Below are positions 1-10,530 of a DNA stretch of 64,000 nt, piece after piece. The notes beneath the pieces are model-generated. The model did no database searches, was not told the DNA's origin, and saw nothing but the letters and a program-made list of their open reading frames with translations. The stretch spans positions 167,122 through 231,121 of the forward strand of contig NZ_JACRMG010000029.1 in NCBI RefSeq assembly GCF_016219575.1, given 5' to 3'. A program made the position numbers and the translations under genes. Source of the DNA: Bradyrhizobium sp. (GTDB lineage: Bacteria; Pseudomonadota; Alphaproteobacteria; Rhizobiales; Xanthobacteraceae). How positions within the stretch are numbered: position 1 is the stretch's first letter; each line of letters starts with the position of its first letter.

Positions 1-672
1 GTCCGCTTCGGGCCCCGTCCGCACCAGCCAGGGCCGCGACGGATCGTTCAGCGCCATCAGCCGGGCGATCAGTTTCTCGCGCGATACCGCGGTCGCACCG
101 GTTGCAGGTGCGACCACCTGACTGCGCAGCAGCCGGCGCAACAGCAGCGCGCCGACAGCGAGCGACAGCAGGACGATGCCGGCTATCACCCAGGGGAACC
201 ATTTGAGCTGCCCCTTGTCCTCGACGCCGCCGACACGCGAAGCCGCGATCAGGTCAACAAGCCGATCGGCGCTCGCGGCCTCGGCAGAGAACACCCATGG
301 CCCGCTCACCCAGGCGAGACCGAATGTCGAGCCTCCGGAATAGCGCAAATACTGCAACGATCCGATCGCGACGCGGCTGCGGGAGGAAATGCCGGCTCGT
401 GTCTCGACGCGCTTTGCCAGCGCATCGAGAGCGAGCACGGCATCCCCTGTGCTTGCGAACCGAAGCGCGGTCATGCGGCCTCCGCCATCGGCGGTCACCT
501 GCGCACCGTCGGTCGCGGGTGGCGACTTGATCGCCTCGATCCGGCCCGGCGGCAGCAGCGTCCGCGCGGCAACATCGGGCGGTGTGACGGGCCGCGCCAG
601 CTCGGCCGGCGGTGAGCACGCACCGAGAACGAGCACCAGAAACAGCGTCGCCACGCCTGCAATGCGGCCCAT
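1..672 (-). CDS. putative lipoprotein / membrane-anchored protein, partial (C-terminus outside window)
   Basis: Absent from the ORF track because it runs off the window edge. I translated the minus strand by hand: the frame is open for all 224 codons from the ATG at 672 to position 1. The N-terminus MGRIAGVATLFLVLVLGACS has a signal peptide plus lipobox (LGAC). A later hydrophobic helix is WVIAGIVLLSLAVGALLL. Third-position GC is high. Confidence 0.55.
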   Translation of the reverse strand, partial: MGRIAGVATLFLVLVLGACSPPAELARPVTPPDVAARTLLPPGRIEAIKSPPATDGAQVTADGGGRMTALRFASTGDAVLALDALAKRVETRAGISSRSRVAIGSLQYLRYSGGSTFGLAWVSGPWVFSAEAASADRLVDLIAASRVGGVEDKGQLKWFPWVIAGIVLLSLAVGALLLRRLLRSQVVAPATGATAVSREKLIARLMALNDPSRPWLVRTGPEAD

Positions 673-930
673 GAATTTCTCCTATGGCCAGATATTGGAG
701 GGCTGACCGGCTGCACACCTTGCGGCAGGTCAAAATATGCTCCCTTCCGCGGCATACCGGATCGAGCTTGCGCGGCCAACAACGGACAAGCCGACCCATG
801 CGGTGACGTTGCTTGGCGCGATCATCAATTTCCGCCGGTCGACTCTGCTAAAGGAGCGGGCTCGAGAACGATCCAAGATGGTGTACAATCAATCCTAAGC
901 CAGGAAAGCAATCTCATGGGGGGGACAATC

Positions 931-1677
931 ATGAAGGCACGAGTGATTATCGCAGTGGCAACAAGCCTGCTGCTGTCATCGGTGGCTGATGCGGCCGAGA
1001 TCAAGGTCCTGGCTTCCGCTGCCATCAGGGATGCGTATCTCGAATTGCTCCCCCAGTTCGAGAAGGCGACTGGCAACAAGGTCACGGCAGAATGGTCCGG
1101 CAGCCCAGACATCCAGAAGCGCATTGCGGCGGGCGAAGCCGCCGACGTCGTCATTCTGGGTAACAGCGGGACTGAGGAACTGATCCGGCAAGGAAAACTC
1201 ATGCCCGGAAGTCGAGCCAATTTCGCGAAATCGGGCGCCGGGATTGCAGTACGCGAGGGTGCGCCAAAGCCCGACATAAGCTCCGCCGATGCAGTGAAAA
1301 AGGCGGTACTCGCCGCGAAATCCGTTGCGTATTCCGCGGGGGCGAGCGGCGCCTACATCGTCAGCATGTTCCAGAAGATGGGCATCGCAGACGAGGTCAA
1401 GGCAAAGACCGCCACGGTGAAGCCCGGCGAACCCGTTGGCGCGGTGGTTGCGCGCGGCGAGGCCGAGATCGGATTCCATCAGATAAGTGAGCTCATGCCG
1501 GTGAAAGGCATCCAGTATCTCGGACCGTTGCCGCCCGAGATCCAGAACGTCACCGTGTTTTCGGGCGGCGTTCATAGCGGGACAAAGGAGCCGGACGCAG
1601 CGACGACGCTGGTCAGGTTTCTCACGTCGCCGGCCGCCATGACGATCATCACGAAGCACCACCTCGAGCCAGGTTGA
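931..1677 (+). CDS. periplasmic solute-binding protein, ModA/anion-binding-like (orphan: no adjacent permease or ATPase)
   Basis: ORF 916..1677. A GGGGGGA Shine-Dalgarno lies 7 nt before the ATG at 931. The signal peptide is MKARVIIAVATSLLLSSVADA. The AEIKVLASAA ... GEAADVVIL layout is typical of molybdate-type binding proteins. Confidence 0.75.
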   Translation: MKARVIIAVATSLLLSSVADAAEIKVLASAAIRDAYLELLPQFEKATGNKVTAEWSGSPDIQKRIAAGEAADVVILGNSGTEELIRQGKLMPGSRANFAKSGAGIAVREGAPKPDISSADAVKKAVLAAKSVAYSAGASGAYIVSMFQKMGIADEVKAKTATVKPGEPVGAVVARGEAEIGFHQISELMPVKGIQYLGPLPPEIQNVTVFSGGVHSGTKEPDAATTLVRFLTSPAAMTIITKHHLEPG

Positions 1678-1710
1678 TCGATTTCGCGGCTGCGGTGGGA
1701 AGCGAGCTCG

Positions 1711-2304
1711 CTAAGCCGTTCTCGTCGGCCAACGCCGGGCCGCCAACCAGCCCGCCAGAGGCGCGCCAAATGCCAGGCACCATGTGAACTGCGCAACGAA
1801 CGGCGCGACGGCGGCCATCACCGTTCCGAACACGAGTGCGAAGACCGGAAAGATCGCGGTTACCAGCAACTCGGGATTGCGGCGACCTCGCAGCGCCAGA
1901 ACCCATAGCAGCGCATTCAAGCCGGCAATGACAGTCAGATGGAAGCCGTAGCTTACTGCTACGACACTATCGAGCCGATACACGCCGTAAAGTCCATTCG
2001 TCACCGGAAGCATGACGATCGATAACAGGAAGATCAGATTGAGGAAGACTTCGCCGCGGCTGCCTTCCGGCGCGAAGGTGAGTCGCCGATGATGGCTGAG
2101 CCAAAGCACGCCGGCCACGATAAAACTGATCATCAGCGCGATGCCAGGTTGTGCGTAGGCGTCGACAAGGTCTATCCAGGCCGGCGCCCTCGCGAACCTG
2201 CTGGCCTTCGGCAGATCGTAGGCGAGCAGCGTCATCGCAACACCGAAGATGGTGTTGCTCAAGGCCTCCAATCGACGCATTTCGAAAAGACCGATCTGCG
2301 TCAA
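1711..2304 (-). CDS. TMEM175/DUF1211 family membrane protein (putative K+ channel)
   Basis: 197-aa ORF with multiple hydrophobic helices. The N-terminal RLEALSNTIFGVAMTLLA resembles the RxEAFSDGVFAI..TLL family signature (from memory). Confidence 0.7.
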   Translation of the reverse strand: MTQIGLFEMRRLEALSNTIFGVAMTLLAYDLPKASRFARAPAWIDLVDAYAQPGIALMISFIVAGVLWLSHHRRLTFAPEGSRGEVFLNLIFLLSIVMLPVTNGLYGVYRLDSVVAVSYGFHLTVIAGLNALLWVLALRGRRNPELLVTAIFPVFALVFGTVMAAVAPFVAQFTWCLAFGAPLAGWLAARRWPTRTA

Positions 2305-2654
2305 CCTCGCTCCCCTTCAAAGCTGCCGGACACGCTTCGCGGAGCGGCGCCGCTGTATGGTCATCAAAGCACGTTGGTTGTGATTGGGATAGGCCGCAAT
2401 GTCCGAGTTGGGTCATAGGCGGAAGTGGCGATTTCCCTTTGCCATGTCTGGTCCGCCTTCAAGAGCAGACATCAAGCGGGTGGACCGGAATGCCCGCATC
2501 GGGCCGATAAGCGACATCAAGCGAGCGGCAGGTCCCAAATTGCGGAGCAAACAGTTTCAGGAAGCTCGCCCGGGAAAGCGTGACATGCCTCACGGGGCTC
2601 GGTTAAGATATCCAATATTCGCTACGGATCGTTTCACGCGTTTGGGGCACTCCC

Positions 2655-3908
2655 ATGAAGTACCATTTTCCCCTGCTGGATCCGCTGCGCTTCGGGGCCG
2701 CCTTCGGCGTCGCAATTTTTCACCAGATGTTCTGGTCGTGGGCCTGGGTTTCGATTGGCCACCCAGGATTCGAGCGCTTCGTCGCCGCCGATGTTCATTA
2801 TCCGAACGCCGCGACCTTTACATGGTTTGGTTGGGTAGGAGTCGAGATATTCTTCGTTATTTCCGGTTTCGTCATAGCGAATTCGGCGAGCAGGTCTTCG
2901 CCGACACAGTTTCTTCTTGGCCGCGCTCTCAGGCTATATCCGGCGGTCTGGGTTTGCGCCACCGCAACCCTCCTCGTTCTCCTTATCTTCGGCACCGGAT
3001 CGGCATCCGAATTCATCGCGCCCTACATCCACGCCATGACCCTCGTTCCCGAGGGAGTTACGAAACAATCGCTCGACGTCGTTTATTGGACGCTTGCGGC
3101 CGAGATGGCGTTTTATCTGTTCGTCTTTTTCGCGATGCTGACGAAGCGAATCACGCTACGGCACTTCGCCTTCGGCCTCACCGTCTGGAGCGCGGTGTTC
3201 AACGCTGTTGCGTTGCTCATTCTGTTATTCACGACGCCATCCAACTTGCCCACTGTGTCGCCGGACAACTTGCCCTATCTCGCTATCCTGATGTTTCGGG
3301 TGCCGTGCGCGGCATTTCTGTTGAACCACGGCTGCTTCTTTGCGCTGGGCATCTGGCTCTTCATTTCCGCAAACAGAAAGCTGACGGCGCTTGAACGGGT
3401 CGCCGTCGCCGTCACCTGTGTTTCGGGCGCTGCAGAAATCTACTTTTTTGCCTCTTTCTTTTTGACAACCATCCCTGCCATCTCGGGTCAGTCGGCCCTT
3501 GTGCCGATCGTGGTCTGGGCGGCGGCGGTGGGCGTCATTGCCTACGATGCGAACAGGAACAGGCGTCCTGCAGCCGCCGCTGCGCGTGAAGCGCCGAGCT
3601 ATTTGAGGACGCTTGGGCTGATCACCTTTCCGCTCTATCTCACCCATAACGTCATTGGCACTGGGATGATTCATGCCCTGATCAATGCCGGTCTCGGTCC
3701 CGCCGTAGCCGTATGGGTCGCGCTGGCCATGCTCGTCCTGATCTGCTGGTTCATTTGTGCGAAGGTCGAGCCGGCCATCAGGGACGCGATCACGAAAACC
3801 ATTTCATATTATGGACTGTCTCCGGACAGAATGCCGGCATCGAGGCGCACGCTGTTTGCCCGGGGGCTGGGCCTCCCACCCGTGCCGGTAAGGATGACCA
3901 CGTGGTGA
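2655..3908 (+). CDS. acyltransferase family 3 (OafA-like) integral membrane protein
   Basis: 417-aa polytopic ORF. The N-terminus FPLLDPLRFGAAFGVAIFH and the VEIFFVISGFVI motif are typical of acyltransferase_3 proteins. Confidence 0.85.
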   Translation: MKYHFPLLDPLRFGAAFGVAIFHQMFWSWAWVSIGHPGFERFVAADVHYPNAATFTWFGWVGVEIFFVISGFVIANSASRSSPTQFLLGRALRLYPAVWVCATATLLVLLIFGTGSASEFIAPYIHAMTLVPEGVTKQSLDVVYWTLAAEMAFYLFVFFAMLTKRITLRHFAFGLTVWSAVFNAVALLILLFTTPSNLPTVSPDNLPYLAILMFRVPCAAFLLNHGCFFALGIWLFISANRKLTALERVAVAVTCVSGAAEIYFFASFFLTTIPAISGQSALVPIVVWAAAVGVIAYDANRNRRPAAAAAREAPSYLRTLGLITFPLYLTHNVIGTGMIHALINAGLGPAVAVWVALAMLVLICWFICAKVEPAIRDAITKTISYYGLSPDRMPASRRTLFARGLGLPPVPVRMTTW

Positions 3909-3988
3909 TCGCCGGCGCCTTGCCGGACCAGCTTCCTGCAGATCCATCAAATGGAACGATCTCGGCGACTTGAGGCACGAAGTATCCG

Positions 3989-4942
3989 GTGAAAGTCACC
4001 AGAGACATGGTGGATAAAGACCTGCGCGGCATATATGCCGCCGGGCGTATGCTCGCTGCCTTTTTCCATACGAGACGGCTCTCGCCGCTCGTGCTCCGCT
4101 TCATCGGCAGGGCCTCCCTCGGAATAAACACCAAAGGACTTGTCTGCCAGCAGCTATATGTCCCGAGCAGAAACGGCGGGGCGCCCATTCGCGTGAGGCT
4201 CTATCGGCCGACCGCGGCGGTTGGACCATTGCCGGTCATGCTGTATTTGCACGGCGGCGGTTACTTTCACGGGGTGCCCGAGCACTTCGGCTCAATCATC
4301 AGGGACTTCATCAAAACAGTACCATGCATCATTCTCGCGCCGGACTACAGAAAGGCCGATCGAGCGCCGTACCCGGCCGCATTCAACGACTGTTACGACA
4401 CCCTGCTATGGATGAGGGATAATGCGGTCTCCATCGGCGGAAGAGGCGACAGGTTCATCGTGTCGGGCCATAGCGCGGGCGGAGGGCTTGCGGCGGCGGT
4501 CTCGCTCAAGGCGACCGATACCGGCGATGCAAAATTGGCATTTCAAATGCCGATCTATCCAATGATCGATGACCGGCAGAACAGCGCCTCCGCCGCCGGA
4601 AACAACGCACCTGTATGGGATGCAAAGGCCAACAGGCTGGCATGGTCGCGTTATCTCGATGGCGTGAGGAACGTGACGCCTTACGCAGCTCCGGCACGCT
4701 GTACCGACTATACGAGATTGCCGCCGACGATCACTTACGTCGGCAGTATCGAGCCGTTTCGGGATGAAACGAAAGCCTACGTTGAGAACCTTCGTCGAGC
4801 AAATGTTCCAGTCGAATTCGAGATATTCGACGGCGCGTTTCACGGGTTCGACATGATGGTACCGAACGCTCCAATCAGCAAGCGAGCAAATCGGTTCCTG
4901 TTGGAAAACTTCCGAAAGTTTACTCGGCGATATTTCCCGTGA
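3989..4942 (+). CDS. alpha/beta hydrolase, hormone-sensitive-lipase-type esterase
   Basis: 317-aa ORF with a GTG start. It carries the oxyanion motif LHGGGYFHG and the nucleophile elbow GHSAGG. Confidence 0.85.
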   Translation: MKVTRDMVDKDLRGIYAAGRMLAAFFHTRRLSPLVLRFIGRASLGINTKGLVCQQLYVPSRNGGAPIRVRLYRPTAAVGPLPVMLYLHGGGYFHGVPEHFGSIIRDFIKTVPCIILAPDYRKADRAPYPAAFNDCYDTLLWMRDNAVSIGGRGDRFIVSGHSAGGGLAAAVSLKATDTGDAKLAFQMPIYPMIDDRQNSASAAGNNAPVWDAKANRLAWSRYLDGVRNVTPYAAPARCTDYTRLPPTITYVGSIEPFRDETKAYVENLRRANVPVEFEIFDGAFHGFDMMVPNAPISKRANRFLLENFRKFTRRYFP

Positions 4943-5052
4943 GATAGGCTCGGAGGTCAGGCCGTCTGCCGACCACTTCCGGTTCTACCCTCAAACCGGA
5001 CATCGCGAGGGACCGCCGCAACGTCTCAAACGGGTCATAAGCGGAAGTCAGG

Positions 5053-7979
5053 TCACCACTGATAGCGCGCGACACTCTTGCCGGCGTAGCTCGTCGAATT
5101 GCCGGAGGATTCACCCTCGAAGGTGGCGGCGAGCGAAACGCCGCTGCGCCACATCACTTCGGCCGATGCCGTGGTCAGCGCCTTGTCGGGCGACTGCGCC
5201 GCGCCGTTGACGACGAACGACGCGCCCGGCAGCGTCTGGAAAGTGGCGCCGATCGAGCGATCGGGGTTGTAGTCGTGCGCCCAGGCAAAGCGGCCGCGCA
5301 GGGTGAAGATCGAATCCCGCATCGCCCAGGACTTGTCGGCGCGCAGGCCGATCTCGCTGCGGCCGGCCGTCACGCTCCTGGCGCCATAGCGGAGCGCAAA
5401 GGTGTTGGCGCCGGACACCACGTTCTCGGCATAGGCCGGCAGTTCGAAGGTGGTGAACTGCGCAGCGGCATAGGGCGTCATGCCCATCCATGGCATGACG
5501 AAGCGGTAGCCGCCCTCGACGCGGCCCGACCATGCATTGGCGTTGAACTGCGCGCGCAGGCGGTCGACGCCGGCGATGGTGACGGTGCGGTCGGTGGTCA
5601 CGTCCTGCCATCCATAGGCGAGCGCCCCGGTGACGTAGGCCTGGCCAACAGTGTGACGCACGAAGGCGCCGGCCTGGAACAGGTCGGAGCGGCCGCTGCC
5701 GCCATTGGCGACGCTGAAACTGGTGCCGCCGCCGGCCAGCGCAAAGCCCGCGATGGTGCGCGGCGAGAAGATGTAATCCGCGCCCGCCGCCACGCCGAAG
5801 ATGCGGCTGGTGCTGGTGTTCGATCCGAGCGCGGCATTGCCGTCGGTGGTTTGCGATCCGCCGAGGCCGGCCGCCCACACGCTCCAGCGCGGATCGTAGT
5901 TCCTTGCCAGCGGCGCCTTGCTGTAAACAGCAGCATAGGCATCGCGCTCGTTCTTCGAGCGCGACTTGCGGGATGCGTAGGCGAGCGGTTCTTCCTCGGC
6001 ATAGCGGGCAGCACCAGACGGCGGCGCGGCAGGTGCGCCACGGCCGTCGATGAACGGATCGGTCATCAGGCCCATGAACTGCGTCATGGCATTGAAGGTG
6101 GTCTGCTGTGATCCCGTTGCGGTCTCGCCGGACATCTGCGTCAGCCCATTGAGCAGGTTGTTGCCGGTGAGACCGAAGATCGCGCCAAACGCGGTCGACG
6201 GCGACACGCCGGCGAGCAGCGCGTTGTCGACGGCGCCGGCGACATTCCTCTGGTTGGTGCCGGCATTGGCCGGCAGGATCGGCGACAGCAGGCCCGGGCC
6301 GAGTGTCACGAACACGTCGTGGCCGACATAGCTCAATACCGGATTGCTCGCGAAGGTATTGCCGGCCCGCATGCTGGCGCCGGCGAATGCGCCGGTTTGG
6401 GATCCCGTGGTCATGATCTTGTAGGTGCGCGACTGCAGGAGCCGGGTCGGCGCATCGACGACGACCTGGCCCGCGAGATTGGCGACGCCGGTCACCACGG
6501 TCCGGCTGCTGCTGCTGGCGCCCGACGTCTGCACCAGGTAGGCCGCGGCGGTAGAGAAGGTGAGGCTGCCCTGCACGGTCAGGACGGCGGTGGAATTGCC
6601 CGGCGCCAGCGTGCCGCCGTTGTTGATCGCGGTATTGCCGACGAAGCCGTTGCCCGACAGCGTGCCGCCATTGTTGACGCTGGTCAGGCTGGAGGAGGCG
6701 ATCGAGCCATCCACCTGCAGCGTGCCGGCATTGACGGCGGTGGCGCCGGTGTAGGTATTGACCGCGGTCAGGATCGCGGTGCCCGAGCCGATTTGTCTGA
6801 CCGTGCCGGCGCCTGAGATGTCGCCCGCCAGCGTGCCGGTGTTCGAGTGGTTGAAGTTCAGCACGGCGTTGCTGTCCAGCATCCGCACATTGCCGTTCAC
6901 CGTGCCCGCGGCGCCGCCATTGCCGATGTTGAGTGTGCCCCGGTAAGAGGCGGCGAATTCTGCGGAGCCGAGGGTGCCGAGCACCGTCGCCGTGGCGCTG
7001 TCGGTGCCCGTCATCTCCAGTCCACGCGCGTTGCCGGTGACGGATACCCCGGCGCCGAGAAGACGGAGGTCGAACCGGTGCTGAAGACCCGGACGCCCCT
7101 ACTGGTGGCGGCGACGCTGCCGGCCGTGAGATTGACGGAGACGAACTGCCCGCCCACAGAGAGAGCGTTGCCGCCGGTGATCACGCTGCCATTGCCGTTG
7201 AAGGTGACGTTGCCGCCGCCACTCATCGAGATGGCAGTGTTGCCGCTGGATATCGTGCCGGCGTTCGCGTTGACCACCACGTCGCTGGCCGAAGCCGAAC
7301 CTGCGGAAATACCGCTTCGTCCCCCGCTGACCGTCCCCCCGTTCACGTTCACGGTCACGGTGCCGGTATTGGCTAGCGCGAATATCCCGTAATCGCCCCC
7401 GCTGATGGCGCCACTGGTTGTTACCTTGAAATTGCCGGCGCCTGAAAAGTTGTCGAAGGCAAAGATGGCGCTGGAGCCGGGAGCCGTGCCCGTTATCGAG
7501 CCGGTACCTGTATTGATGTCGATGGAGCGCGGCGTATTTACATACAGGCCATTGCCGCCGCTGATATTTCCATTGCCCGTATAGGTGACGCTGCCGCTGG
7601 CGGGGCTGTCGAAAAGGAGGCCAAAGGCTCCTCCGTTGATCACGCCGGCGTTGCTGACGTTGATTGCTGCCCCGGTATTGGAAACTATCTGGAATCCCTG
7701 GCCATCGACGGTGACGCCTGGATTGAACGTCAAGGTGAGCGGGCCGGGTGTGGTGAATTGTTGGACGGAATCGCTCGAACTGGGATGGGCCGCGTTGAGG
7801 TTTAATGCAGGCGTCGTCGTGGTGTTGGCGGCGCAGGTAATCGTGTTCGGATTGACGGTGACGTCGCACGCCGCCAGAGCCGGCTGCGGGATCGAAAGCG
7901 CTGCGAGTGCTGTCGAGACCAGGGCCGTTGAGGCCTGCCACGTGGCCCGTCTGGCCAAAATGCGCGCAAAACCCAACAT
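5053..7979 (-). pseudogene. autotransporter outer-membrane protein, interrupted by an apparent 1-nt frameshift (ORFs 7011..7979 and 5053..7014)
   Basis: The upstream ORF has a signal peptide (…ALAALSIPQPALA) and Gly/Asn/Thr-rich passenger repeats. The downstream ORF continues the repeats (NNGGTLSGNG, NNGGTLAPGNS) and ends in a beta-barrel domain with the C-terminal …SVARYQW. The two frames differ by one base and both are open across 7014-7098. Confidence 0.8.
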
Positions 7980-8232
7980 TGGTACTGCCTGACGTCTTGC
8001 CGACTGTCAGGCCAATGTGGCGCGACACTTCCAAAGCCAGAGGCTAGCCCGGCGCCACTTTGGCCACAATCGTTGCGGGAACCGGAGTCAACCCATTATT
8101 CCCGCGTGCGTTATTTTGGCCACAGATGTGCGCGGATTGAGAATGCGCCGCGCCTGAGAGCGCGCCGATCTTACTTTGCATGGGGTTGTTTTCGCGATTT
8201 TGTGTCCAGGCCCCGCGGCGGGCCGAAACGCT

Positions 8233-10104
8233 CTAGCCCGCGCCGAGCGCGATCGCGATCTGATAGGTCGTAAGACTCGCGAGATAGGCCAGCGTCAGCA
8301 TGTAGAAGAAGGTCACCGCCATCCACTTCCAGCTGCCGGTCTCGCGGCGGATCACCGCCAGCGTGGACGCGCATTGCGGGGCGAAGATGTACCAGACCAG
8401 GAAGGAGAGCGCGGTGGCGAGGCTCCATTTGGTCGCGAGCATCTGGCCGATCTGCTCGGCGGCCTCCTTGCCGCCCTCGATGGCATAGACGGTGCCGAGC
8501 GCTGCGACCGCGACCTCGCGCGCCGCCATGCCGGGGATCAGCGCGACCGCGATCTGCCAGTTGAAGCCGAGCGGCGCCAGCAGCGGCTCCAGCGCCTTGC
8601 CGATCCAGGCGGCGATGCTGTAGTCGATCGCGGGTCCGGCGGCGCCGGCGGGGGCTTGCGGGAACGAGGCGAGGAACCAGATCAGCACCATCATGGAGAA
8701 GATCGTGGTGCCGGCGCGCTGCAGGAACATTTTTGCGCGCGTGTAGGTTCCGATCAGGATGCTCTTGAGCCGCGGCAGCTTGTAGTCGGGCAGTTCCAGC
8801 ATGAAGGGCGCGGGCTGGTAGTCGCGCAGCATGAAGAACTTGATCAGGAACGACATCAGGAGCGCGCTGCCGATGCCGGCGGCATAGAGGCCGAACATCA
8901 CGAGACCGCGCACGTTGAACCAGCCCCAGATCTGCCGGTCCGGAATGAAGGCAGAGATGATCAGGGTGTAGACGGGGATGCGCGCCGAGCAGGTCATCAG
9001 CGGCGCGATCAGGATGGTGGTGAGGCGGTCGCGCCGGTTGTCGATCACGCGCGTCGCCATGATGCCGGGGATGGCGCAGGCGAAGCTCGACAGCAGCGGA
9101 ATGAAGGCGCGGCCGTGCAGCCCGGCGCCGCCCATGATGCGGTCCATCAGGAACGCCGCGCGCGCCATGTAGCCGAAATCTTCCAGGAGCAGGATGAACA
9201 GGAAGATGATGACGATCTGCGGCAGGAACACCACGACGCTGCCGACGCCCGAGATCACGCCGTTCTGCAGGAAGCTCTGCAGCAGGCCTGCGGGCAGCCT
9301 GTCGTGCACGAGCTGTCCGAGCGCGCCGAAGCCCGACGACAACAGCTCCATCAGCGGCTGCGCCCAAGCGAACACCGCCTGGAACATCACGAACAGGATC
9401 AGCGCGAGGATCAGCAGCCCCGCCGCCGGGTGCAGCACGACCGCATCGATCCGGGCCGTCCAGGTATCCGGCCGCGTCGGCAGGCTGACGTGCTCGGCGA
9501 TGATGCGGTCGGCCTCGCGCTGGTTGGCGCGCAGCTGCGCCGCGGTGAGCGGCTGCCAGCGGTTTTCCCCCGCCGGCGCCTTGCCGCCGGCAACGATCTC
9601 GTCGGTGAGGCGCAGCAGCTTGTCGGTGCCGCCCTTGCGCACGGCAATCGAGGTCACCACGGGAATGCCGAGTGACGCGGAAAGTCCTGGCACATCGACG
9701 GCCACGCCGCGGCGGGTGGCGATGTCGAACATGTTGAGCACCAGCACCAGCGGCCGGCCGGTGGCTTTCAGCTCCAGCACGAGGCGAACGGTGAGCCGCA
9801 AATTGGTGGCGTCGGCCACGCACAGCACGAGATCCGGCAGCGCTTCGCCGGGGGTGCGGCCGAGCACCATGTCGCGGGTGATCTCCTCGTCGGGGCTGCG
9901 GCCGCGCAGCGAATAGGTGCCGGGGAGGTCGACCAGCGAGACCTGGCGGCCCTGCGGCGTGACGAAGGAGCCTTCCTTGCGCTCGACGGTCACGCCGGGA
10001 TAGTTCGCCACCTTCTGCCGGCTGCCGGTCAGCGCGTTGAACAGCGAGGTCTTGCCGCTGTTCGGCGTGCCGACCAGGGCGAGATGCAGCAGGGGGGCTT
10101 CCAT
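8233..10104 (-). CDS. feoB: ferrous iron transporter FeoB
   Basis: 623-aa ORF. The N-terminal G-domain is LALVGTPNSGKTSLFNALTG … NYPGVTVE, followed by a polytopic permease domain. Confidence 0.95.
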   Translation of the reverse strand: MEAPLLHLALVGTPNSGKTSLFNALTGSRQKVANYPGVTVERKEGSFVTPQGRQVSLVDLPGTYSLRGRSPDEEITRDMVLGRTPGEALPDLVLCVADATNLRLTVRLVLELKATGRPLVLVLNMFDIATRRGVAVDVPGLSASLGIPVVTSIAVRKGGTDKLLRLTDEIVAGGKAPAGENRWQPLTAAQLRANQREADRIIAEHVSLPTRPDTWTARIDAVVLHPAAGLLILALILFVMFQAVFAWAQPLMELLSSGFGALGQLVHDRLPAGLLQSFLQNGVISGVGSVVVFLPQIVIIFLFILLLEDFGYMARAAFLMDRIMGGAGLHGRAFIPLLSSFACAIPGIMATRVIDNRRDRLTTILIAPLMTCSARIPVYTLIISAFIPDRQIWGWFNVRGLVMFGLYAAGIGSALLMSFLIKFFMLRDYQPAPFMLELPDYKLPRLKSILIGTYTRAKMFLQRAGTTIFSMMVLIWFLASFPQAPAGAAGPAIDYSIAAWIGKALEPLLAPLGFNWQIAVALIPGMAAREVAVAALGTVYAIEGGKEAAEQIGQMLATKWSLATALSFLVWYIFAPQCASTLAVIRRETGSWKWMAVTFFYMLTLAYLASLTTYQIAIALGAG

Positions 10105-10118
10105 GATCGCGATCCGAA

Positions 10119-10394
10119 CTAGCCGACGATGACGGCCATGGCCTCGCGGCGGCGGACGGCGATGGTGATATTTTCGACGCGTACTGCAATCGGGTCACGT
10201 CCGACGGCGCCCTCGTGCAGCACCTCGACGCGCGCGCCCTCGACGAAACCGAGCTCGATCAGCCGGCTCTCCAGCTCGGCCGCCGACAGCGCCGAGCCGG
10301 TGTCATCGGCGGCGATGCGGCGAATCACCCCGGAATAGCCGCGTTTGGCCATTCCGAGCGGAAATTGCGTGGCTGCCTCGATTGCATCGGTCAT
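10119..10394 (-). CDS. feoA: FeoA family protein
   Basis: 91-aa ORF directly upstream of feoB. It has SH3-like FeoA features (LGFVEGARVEVL). Confidence 0.85.
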   Translation of the reverse strand: MTDAIEAATQFPLGMAKRGYSGVIRRIAADDTGSALSAAELESRLIELGFVEGARVEVLHEGAVGRDPIAVRVENITIAVRRREAMAVIVG

Positions 10395-10454
10395 GACCTG
10401 TCATTTCAACCGCGGGGCGGCAGGTCAAGCAAATGCCTTGCGATCGCGCGCAAG

Positions 10455-10471
10455 CTTAGAGTGATTATAAA
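10455..10471. promoter_or_regulatory. candidate Irr iron-control-element (ICE)-like palindrome upstream of feoA
   Basis: CTTAGAG-TGA-TTATAAA matches 11 of the 14 specified positions of TTTAGAA-N3-TTCTAAA. It lies 61-77 nt upstream of the feoA ATG. Confidence 0.3.
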
Positions 10472-10530
10472 TTGGTCAGGCCAAGCGACCCCGGACCGAC
10501 AGCCCGGGGCGCTCTTCGCATCGAGGTGGA

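Noticed and set aside
2399-3394. 331-aa plus-strand ORF overlapping the acyltransferase-3 gene in another frame
   Set aside because: Its 5' part is read-through of a dispersed repeat, and the rest is Arg-rich out-of-frame translation of the genuine membrane protein gene at 2655..3908.
8171-10198. 675-aa minus-strand ORF and the 499-aa plus-strand ORF (8176..9675) overlapping feoB
   Set aside because: These are Arg/His/Pro/Asp-rich low-complexity translations in alternative frames or antisense to a clearly genuine FeoB. They are typical high-GC shadow ORFs.
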